Part shown: in pieces, positions 51,442-62,498 of the stretch
How positions within the stretch are numbered: the first letter of the stretch is position 1
Layout: the number at the start of each line of letters is the position of its first letter
Assembly: GCA_051362555.1 (NCBI GenBank)
Contig: CM120648.1
Coordinates: forward strand, 9,854,587-9,918,586
DNA length: 64,000 bases
Source of the DNA: Lingula anatina
Taxonomy: Eukaryota > Animalia > Brachiopoda
Reading direction: 5' to 3'
Notes under the pieces: model-generated
The model's database searches: none
What the model was told of the DNA's origin: nothing
The model's input: only the letters and a program-made list of their open reading frames with translations
Made by a program: the position numbers and the translations under genes

Positions 51442-53871
51442 TTACTGTCCACGGCAGTTTGGATAAGAAGATTTGGCCTTGTTTGCCATCATTTTGCTGC
51501 AGACGATGTTTCCGCCGGGATATCCGATTTCTGGCATTGGCGGGAAATACACCTGGTGGTTCATGTCGCAGCATGGCTTACACTGGTTGACGTTGTAGAA
51601 CTTGTGAACCTGGTAAAATAAACAGTGGGAATAGTTTCTATAGAATGCATAAAATGTTATCTTGGAACTTATCAGTGCCATGAGACTGTGGATATCCTGT
51701 ACTCTAAAGCGATTAAAAATCACACCTCTAGGGGCTCCGTTTGTCTTTATTTTGAAAATAATTTCTGGACAGCGCCCTCCATTTAAAACAGTTTCCATTT
51801 TTTCGTAACGAATGGAATTCACCATGCAGTATCTATCCCAAAGAGTGACTCAAACAACTAGATACTTGGAACTTCAAAATCGTGTCTCTTTGAGAAGTTT
51901 TTTTTAAAGATATGATTATCATGCTTTAATGATTAAGGGTTAAATGTCGCAATTTCCAGGGGAAAAAATATACCTTTCCTACTATGCAAATGCCCTAAAG
52001 ATTGAACAGGTGCCTCTAAATTCTTTACAAAAAGAAAAAAAACGTCCTCTCAACCTACCTCCTGTTTCTTGCTACAGTCTGGCACGATCTCGCCAAATTT
52101 GTTGGTGGCAGTCTGGCACATAACGATGAACTGGCAATGGCGGGTCTGGACAACACACTCTGGCTTCATGCACATGTTGCAGGAATCATCCTCAATTATG
52201 GTCATAGCGGGGGTTTCTCTCTTCTTGCGGCTGCCGTCTACAAGCAGAATTGACAGAAAATTAAGTCACAGACAAGCGTGTAAGTATGCTTTTTTTTGCT
52301 GGAATCACATTCCTCAGTGTTCAACCTACAGCTGTCAATTACTAAAATGGCACTTATATATTAACTGAAATGTAACAGGTAATGGTTTTAGAAAAGGAAG
52401 GGGGAATATTTACACGAAATTGGCCCAGCAAACATAGAGCGTTATCATAACGTTACCACAGCGTTTAATGGTTGAATTAACGTTGTGGTAACGCTTTTTT
52501 GTTTGTTTGTTGGGATTGTCCCAGTGCAGTGTCAACTGTGTTATCACCTTTTTAGATATCAAAAATAGTTTGGTTCTTACTAAACTACATTACTGATTTC
52601 ACCGGTGATATGTGTTACCTTTTTCGTCAACGCTGAAGCTCTCCATCATCTTCTTAGCTCTGAAGGTGGCGAAGTTCCTGCACTTGGGAATGAGATCCTC
52701 TGGCAGGAGGCTGTCTGGCTTCTGTGGGGTTCCCTCAATGCTGTAGTCACTGGTCTGAATGCCGGCAACTGGCATGTCTCCCTAAAGAGGACATGGGCGA
52801 TAGATTCACACATCTGATTTCTTAAAACTTCTCGATACGGCTGAGTAATTTTAAATTTATCTTTGAAGTTATTTTCAATGAGCATTTGTTTTTGTTTTGA
52901 AAACTACCTGGTGATGACATAGAGTAGAAATGTGATAATCTGAAACGTTTAAAAGATTTGAAAAGATTTTGATTTTGATTTGATTTAGATTGGTTGGCAC
53001 AGAAGTGCACTGTTTACGTGTAATGTATAACTAATTTTTTTCGCTGTACACATATACCTGTAGATGTAATGGGTAAATTTAATGGCGGAACGAGTCCAGG
53101 AAAGAGGGTAACACTCTCACCAACTTACTTTCTTACTACTTCTTCCCGACTTCTTTCCAAAATTACAGATTAAAAGGCGAAAATAGACAGTTTTTTAATC
53201 CCTGTGCAAATGTTTTATAAAAAAATGTGTCCTTGTCCACGAATTTTTTATCTGTATTTTTATCTGAATTTGTTTATCTCTATGCCATTCCTCCTCTACG
53301 CCATTCTAAAACAGTAAAATACCAGCAAAATGTCGAAAAATAAAAAAAAAATTAATAAAAATAGATAGATACATAGATAGATAAAAAAGAAACCTACGTC
53401 CTTCTCGGCCTCCTTGAGGGCGGCAACGGTGGTGTCTGGGTCCTGGACCTCGGTCTTGTCAAGAGGAGCCACATAGCAAGCCTTCTGCTTGGGGAAGATC
53501 ATCACCATCAATTTCTAAAAGAAAAAAATAATAAATAAAAAATTAGAAATAAATAAAAATGCAAGTTTGTGAACAAAAGAAATTCATCAGCTGTGAAAGT
53601 TTTTTTGGTAGATACTGAAAAATTGGAGAGGTAATTAGAGATTCGGTGTTGTTTGGAGAATGCATTATCTTAACTTTAAAATACATTCGTCATTATACCA
53701 TGACTGACCGGTATTAACCTTAAATTATTGATACATTGCTGACCAAAGACTAGGAAAAAAACGCCATAGCTACAACAACAATAATACCAATGTTACTATT
53801 TATTCGTTTGCCCAACCATAAGTTATCACTTAGAACTACATGTATTATTTTGGATTGGCGAGAACTCTTAA

Positions 53872-53914
<43 letters not shown>

Positions 53915-54532
53915 AAAAGAAAGTTTAAACTTACGTTCTTGAAGTCATGGATGAATTCGGACTCGTCGACCTGGTTGTGTTGAGGAACGTAGTAACTGAC
54001 CAGTTTCCTGCCCTGGTCAACGTTGACCTTCTCCTGGACCAAGATTCCCTTCTCATGAGCGTGAACATTGAAATGCTAGAGAGAAAAAAAAATATCTGAT
54101 TATGCACTTGCATGTGTTCCTTTATCATTTAAAGAAACAGAAAAGTCATTGAAAGTAGAGCCTTAGTTTGCCTGCGTTAATAGGTGATCGATTGCTTTGG
54201 CAAAGGCAATAAATCACTGGATAATTTTCATGTGTAGTATTCATGTCTGCCATGAGATGTCAGCTTAATCTCAAGTGATATTTTGTTTACATTAATGCCA
54301 TATCTAAACTTATCTGTAAAGGGGTCATTCACGCAGTTAAATTTCCTTTGTAGGCGCGTAACCAATGGCTTAGTAAAGCGGACTCCCGAAAAAGGGCAGT
54401 AACGTCTCGATGGTTATTACTCACGTGCTTTCCAGGGACTTGTTTCACCTTCATGGGTTTACCCTGAGCGTGCGGTGGTGGTACCGCGAACGCCGCGACG
54501 ACACAAAGAGCAAGGACGATCAGAGTCTTCAT
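51442..54532 (-). CDS. BRICHOS-furin-Cys-rich secreted precursor, copy E (291 aa)
   Basis: Exons 54532-54425, 54075-53935, 53514-53398, 52781-52619, 52237-52059, 51609-51442; 876 nt, intact. MKTLIVLALCVVAAFA...DGSRKKR-ETPAMTIIEDDSCNMCMKPECVVQTRHCQFIVMCQTATNKFGEIVPDCSKKQEVHKFYNVNQCKPCCDMNHQVYFPPMPEIGYPGGNIVCSKMMANKAKSSYPNCRGQ*. Confidence 0.9.
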
Positions 54533-55065
54533 CTGGAAATGAGGGAAAGATTGTCTGTATAATACTTAATGGACGATAACAATATCTTTATCTTTATCTA
54601 ATATCTAGTCTTAATCAATTAAAGGGATAATAACTCTTTGTTTTGGCCAAAAAATGAATTTTCCTGGAGTAAACAACAATTTTCCCATACTTACCAATGG
54701 TTAATAAATCCATTTTTACATTCAAAGTTAGTCCCTGTTTTTTTTTTTTTTTCTAAAAACTTTGTTTTTTTGTTATGATCTCTTAAGAGATTATAACAGA
54801 ATATAGCCATCAATGGAGGTCACGTGGTCTAAAGACAAGCTCAGATATCAGAATAATAGCTATAACTGCCGTTTTTGTGGGAAAACAGGATATATCACAT
54901 TTCTGTGAGTTGTTCACAATGTTTTTATTGTGAAATATAGATAGAGTTATTATTCCTTTAAACGGTCCATCCCATAATTGATAAACAGGTTGGTTATTTC
55001 AGACACAAGTCCACCCTCTCATGGAGGGCATCCCCAATAACTCCATGTAATCAAGCTCTAACAGA

Positions 55066-55230
55066 CATGGGCGTCTGCAGGGGGGGGGGGGGGGGGGGGG
55101 TCAATGGGGTCACTTGACACCCCCTGGAATTTTGGCAGGCACGTTGATAGCGGGTATCCAGCCAATCATTATCTCCCCCTTCAATTACATTGACCCCCCC
55201 CCCCCGGAAAATTTTCTGCGGACGCCAGTG
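55066..55230. mobile_element. Short TIR element
   Basis: CATGGGCGTCTGCAG ... CTGCGGACGCCAGTG inverted ends around G/C runs. Confidence 0.45.
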
Positions 55231-55582
55231 CTTAAAGATTACTAGCTTGAAACAAAGGACATTAAATTTTGAACTGGTAGGTGTGAAATATTATCTTGAG
55301 CTACTTATACACATTGGCTTCCTGTGTGCAAATTTTATCAAACAATGGCTTCCTCTTATTGAACTAATACTGCTTCATGTATGAAAGTTTTAAAAGTACT
55401 AATTACAGTTTTGTTTCTTTACTGTGGTTGCTGGCAGATTGATGTTTTTTTTTTTCAATATAACATGAATGATTTGGTAAATTTGAAAGAGGACAATTGC
55501 ACCTCAATAATGCATTAAAATGAATTTTGAAAAATCTCTGTTTAGTAAATTTCAAGAAAGAATTACTCAGATAATTTTCACA

Positions 55583-55616
<34 letters not shown>

Positions 55617-55809
55617 GATAAACATTTACAGGGAACTCGATGTGAGAAGTTCCTAAGAAATATGAAAAATATCTGTATAGTCAAACTACAGAGTATCTTG
55701 TTCTTAAGCACATTACTGACACTCAAATATAGACACAGAACCGGTAAATTATCTAAATTCTTCTATTTGTTCATAAGCTCTAAACAGCCAAGATCAAAAA
55801 CTTTCCTAC

Positions 55810-56120
55810 CTCGGCACTTCGTAAAGTCTCCTTAATTTCACGCTTCTGCAGCAGTCGAAGAATAAAAGTTCAAAGTTGCCGTGGATCGAACGCCGTAGGT
55901 TTAAATACCTTTTATCAGGGAAGAACTTTTCAACCAATCAGGTTCGAGTCCGGAATTCGTCACCAAGGTCATATTGGTGACTTGATAAATGTGGTTGGCA
56001 AGACGGCCTGTCATCTTTATTTCTGAAAAGCTTCTATATCTGTAAACATGAGTGTTTTAATCAAACGAAACGTTTGGGATGGGTGATAGTTACCCGGCAA
56101 ACCGACCCCCGGGTTGGGAG
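55810..56120 (-). promoter_or_regulatory. Non-coding exon 1 and conserved promoter of BRICHOS copy E
   Basis: Donor GAG|GTAGGA at 55810; TATTTAAA at 55907-55900; CCAATCAG and CCAAGGTCA motifs; aligns to the B/C/D promoters up to ~56115. Confidence 0.7.
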
Positions 56121-57858
56121 TTGAAATTGTGCCCAGGGTGAAAATGCTGTATTCCGGGACATCACGAGTGAGACAAATTGCCAATATAGAAATGAAATAT
56201 GAAAGAAGTCAAGAAAAAAATTTCCTCATTTTTATTCGACCTCGTAAAAAAGGCATGAAAAAAAAAACTCCATTTCGTCATTTATGGGTTCCATAGGATT
56301 TGAAAGATTTTGTTGCTGCATGTATTATCAGCTGTATTAAATTGTTTTTCTGTGGTTTTCATTGTTTTTCTTTAGAAGTGTATATATGGTTTTTAGTTTG
56401 AACCCATAGAAATCCGGGTTTAATATATTTACACGGTGAAAAATATCCTCTTAATTTCAAGAGTTCACAAACTCCCACTTCATTCCTCTCTCATCCTTTC
56501 TCTCTTTCTCTCTCTCTCTCATTTGATAATCATACTCCATTTTTATTGAAGTTGACATTTTATAGAGCTTGTCTCATTGCATAAGTAGTTCAATTTAATC
56601 TTCAGAATTTGAGAATTGAAATGTCTTTGAATCAATCCATGTTATCCTTCTGGCGAGGGTGAAATTCACCATTCTCTTTTTCTTTGGAGAAATGACCCAA
56701 ATAGTAGAAACTTACAACTCAAAAAAAAAAAAAAAAAAAAAAGGATTTATGAAGAGCCATTCTGTGAACAGTTTTATATATGGTATCCCTATGGTGACTA
56801 AGTGAAAAGTGTTGAAATATTCAGGGAATTTATAGCGCAATAAAAAGTAAAAAACTTATTTTGTTGCTATATGTATATCTAGGGGCCTATATAGAAAAAT
56901 GTATTTAACTCATTGTGTTGTTATATATATATATATATAGGGGCCTGTCTACCTCGTTTACCTGGGCGCTTTGCGTTGTACATAAACTATTCTATCTACC
57001 CCACAAGCAAAGTAAATTTAATTTGAAGGCGCAGTTAAATTCAGTAACCCAGCGTCATGTAAGTATTCAGATATCATTTTAAAGTAAAGAAAGTTTTGTT
57101 GATAAAACATACAAATACGACTTGGACCAATATAACCCAGCTCGCAATAAGTCTTCAGATAGCCTTGCGATATCAAATGCAAGGGTTACTACCCCGGAAC
57201 GTTTGTTGACAAAACGCGTCGCTCTCTCTTATCATTCTCCCTCACCGGTGGCGTATTGTAAACGAGAAAGAAAATTAAAAATTACATTTACGTAATTTAC
57301 AGAATCAATCTGAATGGTTTCTACGACTTTGTATGTGGTCACGATTACAGAGAAAACATATTGTACCCTCTACCATTGCCACAGAGAGACTTTTCACAAT
57401 ACATGTAGTTTCACAGATATATATATATATATTTTTTGCGGGGGATGTCAGGAAGACACGGCAGGTCTTAATAAAGTGTTAGCCTTTTGCTCGAACAGTT
57501 GTCTCCAAAGGTTTCTCTCAGCCCTGTGCTTGAACTTTGCAGGTTTTCTAATGACACGAGGTAATTTGTATTAATATTTGTCTTTCGAGAGCAAACAAAA
57601 TTGATGAGCAAAGGAGCCGGATTAAAAACGGGTAAACTTGGTCACAGATAATAAATATTTACAGAGAACTCGTCCGTATTGGCCTTGCACGCCCCAAGAC
57701 CTTTGTTTGTGTATTTTAAGATTAAAACGCAGCCGAAAGTTACATCTGCTTGTCCCAAGATGTCACATAAGTGTCTATGCGTGAGAAAGATTTTTGAGCT
57801 TAAAATCTAGTCACCCAATATAGCAGTGTCACGACATCGACATCAAGTGCTTCAATAT

Positions 57859-57889
<31 letters not shown>

Positions 57890-60051
57890 AGAGAACGGGT
57901 TGGGGATTGATTTGGATGGGAATTTGTATGAGTGCGTCTGTGAGACCGAGTGCGTTTGTTTTAGTATGTAAGTGTGTGCATGTGGGGTAAATAAATAAAT
58001 AATAAAATAAATAAATAAATAACTAAATAAATAAATAAAGAGCATCTAAGCATCTAGAAACAATGAGATGAGAGAAACCCCTAGGAATTCGATTGCTTCT
58101 GTTTGACAAGCCTACAAAATTACGAAAAAGTCTTATTTTCTAGAAGTGATGTCATTAGCTATTTTGAAATATTCTTTTCATCCACTTGTAAAAGTTTCCA
58201 CAAATTCATGGTAAAAGTAACACGTGCTATCGGCAGAAAAAAAAGACATGGCTAAATTCAATGAGAAATTCCTTCATAGGAAAGCAATAATATTTAACCC
58301 ACCCACGGATGAAAATTTCACTGAAATACCAAGTCTCCGAGCCATCCCACTTCTCAAGAAGCATGGCTTTTTAGGAACTTGACACCAGGATGCGGAACCT
58401 TTTTTATTTGTTTCAAGTGTCTGCGGTTATTTTTTGATAGGGTCAGACAGCTGATTGAAATGACAAAAGAAGTGCTAATAGCGGCTACACGTGTATGCAT
58501 ATTTTGCACCCTGTAGCAGTACTGCGCCACCTGCAACTAAAAAGCATCTCCAACCAGGATCTACAGGGGTAGCCTTCTAGTCATTATAGCGCGTTGGATC
58601 CAATTATTGCAATTTAATCTTTTTCCAACTGTTTCCTTGTAGGCGCACACATGGAAAATTCACACACACACACACACACACATAGTAATACAGGTCAGAC
58701 AGGGAAGAAAACTTTGATGCCAAGAGCAATGCAGCAATTAATAGCAAACATTAGGAAGAACTGCAACACAATAACAACAATAATAATAGTAGGAACAAAA
58801 GTAAAAAATAAATAAATAAATAAAATAAAATAAAATAAAAATAAAGATAAACCGCGCAGAAACAATGTCTCCTACAGCAGCCACAACGATAACAAGGGAT
58901 GAACAGATAAACCGTAGGAACAACAGTAGTATCAATAAAGCAACAACGGCAATAGAAAAAAAAATTTCAACAGCTAGAACCAAATACACTGAATTAATAA
59001 CTCCAATGCAATAAAAAAAATCACAAGGATCAACAACCCTCACAACAGTGTCCTTTCTTCTTGCTTAATCTCTACCAGTGCCGCCGTATTTTTATCTAAA
59101 TAAACATGTCAGACTACCTGTGTACATAAAATGCTATCTAACATCATTACCAGACAGATATATGAGGCAAATATGGCCCGGGTCCTACCCTGAAATCTCG
59201 GGGATAAAAACATTCTAAATGCTTATCAAGTTTATGATGTTGCTTCTTATTTCTAAGGTCAGAAATTTAATTTCGTCGAACTAGGTCTAATTTATAACCC
59301 CGATTACTTAATTTCGGTTTATTCTGGCTTCATACACACAGAACAAATGTTCACAGCAACAAAGAAGCGGCTCAGCGAACAGTGCAAAAAAAAAAAAAAA
59401 AAAAAAAAAAAAACGCACCGGAGAGAAATTAAATAAAAGGGTGTAATGTTGAGCGTACATGAGGTGTTCAAAATACTTCTTTATTGACAATTCAGTGTAG
59501 TAGGCTGAGAAATGCGTGGGAGTTTGTGTGTGTGTGTGTGGGGGGGGGGACGGAGGGGGAGAGGGGCAGCTGTTGCAGGTCTACAATACATGCAAGCAGG
59601 TTGTCTGTACCGCTTGTGGTTTTCTCTTCAATGGCCTGGCCTGATGGCCTGGGAAAAAGTAAAAGGCAGCCCTCAAAATATGTCTTTTTTTTATCATTAC
59701 AGGACTGGAGTTCAGATGGCAAATGATACGCTATATAAAGCTTTTAAAGGCTGCTTCTGTGCCGAATTGTTATTACATTTAGACTAATATCGGCACCGCG
59801 GCAAAAAGTATCAAATGAGAGGTGGCAAATACAAGATCGTGTGGGGCTTGGCTTTGCCTGTCTGGCCCTAGCTCGCCCTTCCCCAGAACTATCAAGCTGT
59901 TTTAGAGCCCATTCATAATAGCGGACTGACAGATCCGCCGACTTACTTGAATGCTTGTTGAGTAATCCCCGCAGAGAATCTATTCAGGGTCTAATCGGGA
60001 AGTAAGCGGCAAGCCTTTCAGTGAGATGCCATATTTGATCTGTTACACCCC

Positions 60052-60262
60052 ATTTCCATAGATTTTTAGATCGATCTATCCATGTGGGGAGTCTCTAGAT
60101 TACTGTCAGCTTGGCCGGCTTAAGCGTCTGTCCCGCCTACTAAAAGCTGTAAGGGGGTAATTAACTATGGTGCCCGCTTGGCTGACTGCAATTTAGCGTG
60201 AACCCCCAGGGAGTTAGGTCGATCTAAATCTTAATCTTTAGATCGATCTAAATCTCTGGAAA
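60052..60262. mobile_element. ~210-bp MITE family, copy 3
   Basis: TTTCCATAGATTTTTAGATCGATCTATCC ... GATCGATCTAAATCTCTGGAAA; internal sequence aligns to copies 1 and 2. Confidence 0.7.
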
Positions 60263-62498
60263 AGCACCCTTAGTCCACTGTTCTGAATGCACTTTCACTG
60301 CTTTCTAGAGTGCAAAGAGAAGAAGCACACTAAGGCAGAGTTAGAGGCTTGGTGTGTGAGATTGGAACTGCGAAATCATTTTTCAGGTTCCCAAATTGCA
60401 AATTTTTCAAACATTTTATTCGCTAGATAGAAAGTTTGGGAAGAAGTCGCCCCAGCAGTTGTATAGGAACACTGTATCCTGGATCCGCCTATAGAAATAC
60501 AAACAGAGAAAAACCGCAGCAACTATGTTATGTTCCAAGAAAGGAAGTGGTCATTTTTTTTCCAAATCAGCAGCCAATATTATTTTAGGCAATGCACCCG
60601 AATTTTCTTATGCTCAATAGAGACATGGAAACATGGGGTGGGGGGGGGGGGGGGGAACAGCATTTTAAACTTCAGCTGTTAAATTAAAAAATAAAGAGAA
60701 GGAGAAGAAAAGAACGGAGCTTTATTTACTAAAAACAAGTTCGCAAGTATTTTCTTCATCTTGCATGGAGGTCTTGTATGGCTGCACGTAAATACACTGT
60801 AACTAAAGAGACCCGCGTTATCTGGCCGTGTTACTAGACACCTGGCTGCTATCAGTGCCATGTTTGCTGGGTCAAGCAGGGCCTGGCGACCGCCATGAAA
60901 ACATGACGTAAACTTGCCGTGTGCACTTCTAAGGCCAAAATAGGATGTGAATTGTTCTTGAACTCAACAACACTCCCATAAGACCTATTGTTTCTCGGTA
61001 AGTGTATGTTTTTGTTCGATAAGGGTGAATTTTGGGAAAGGCTTTGGCTAACTGCCAGTCTTAATTTATAAATTTTTTTTCTCGCTCCTACTCATGTAGC
61101 ACGTGATGTTGCTGTTGCCTGCCTCCTAAGTCTTTCAGACGTAAAAGAAGTATCATTGCATTTAATGGACCGTGTCCCTTTTCCTTGTTACAGTGTACAA
61201 GGAAGCTCAACGTTTAACACCCAACTGACTTTCTGAAATTATACCAAAAATTTCAGTCTGCTCAACGGCCTTCAGGGTACACGTATCTGGGTCATTAGTA
61301 TGTGGTTGAATTATTTACCACAAACGGCGGGATCAATATTACGTCAGTGAGACACGCTGCAAAGAAAATCATTGTAGTCCATATCCTGAAAGTCACATTT
61401 ACCCCCGTAAGCCATATCAAAGGCCCCCGTATAAACATAAATAGAGATGTGTGTAAAAGCTTCTCCCTTTCACTTTGGATACTACTTGTACTGCGATTGC
61501 CATAGGACCGAAAAAAGTGTGGTAGTTATTCTTTGGTAAATTAAGGATAACATATATCTGTTCATTTTTGCTCAATTTTGATGTAATTGATCACCTTTAA
61601 TATTTGACTTTCAGGGTAAAAAGGAAGTTTTAAGTTCCATGAATAAGTACCGAGTACTAGTATGATACTGCGTATAGATAAGTTTGCATAATAGGGTCTA
61701 ATACTTAACATGTTATGTGTTATGTCCATTTGGTCATTCAGAAATGACATGAGATAAATGACGTATAATCTTAAGAATTTTATTGTTGTTTTATTTTGCC
61801 TCTCGAGTTACAAAGTCACTTAGCTCCATTGATGCCCGTCTCAAAACAAAATGTTAACGGAAAGTAGATGCATTTGTCGACTTCAGAAGTAAAAAAAAAT
61901 ATTACAAAACAAGATAGCTTTTGTTTTTTGTTTGTATAAACTGTCATTGGCATTGGTTTATGACAGAACCATGTAACTTTTTTTTTTACTTCTGCAATTT
62001 ACCGAGCTTGACTTTTAAAGAAGCGGAAGGGCCACTAGGAACTTACGTTTGCCTGGCACTTTCAACATTAAGTTGTCACGTTATTCTAATTTCCTTTTCA
62101 GATATAATCTATTTCCCATTACTTTTTATCTTTAGAATTCTTTGAACTATATAAGTGAAACCGGGGACTAGGGACAAATATGACGACAGCGGCAATCGTC
62201 GCTATACTGTGGTGAGTTGATACACTTATAGTAGGCTATCTCAGTGAATGTTATATTGTTTCTATGTAATTATATCTTATTTGAATACAGATACGGTGAT
62301 GACGCGATCATTTCAACCCGGAAAATTGTGAATTCTACAGATAATTTATTTTTTTTGAGTAATAAATTCTTAAAATAAGAATATTCATATTGAGTGGTAG
62401 CAACACAATTGAAAAGCAGACTATATATGTATCTTTATTATCTTATATATAGCTCTATTCTTTATAGTAAAAGCACCAAAATGTTACATAGAAATGTA

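Noticed and set aside
56120-62490. Short ORFs in the distal region, including the hydrophobic 101-aa ORF at 58738-59043
   Set aside because: Derived from simple repeats and homopolymers; no consistent exon chain or protein motif, and no sixth BRICHOS copy seen.
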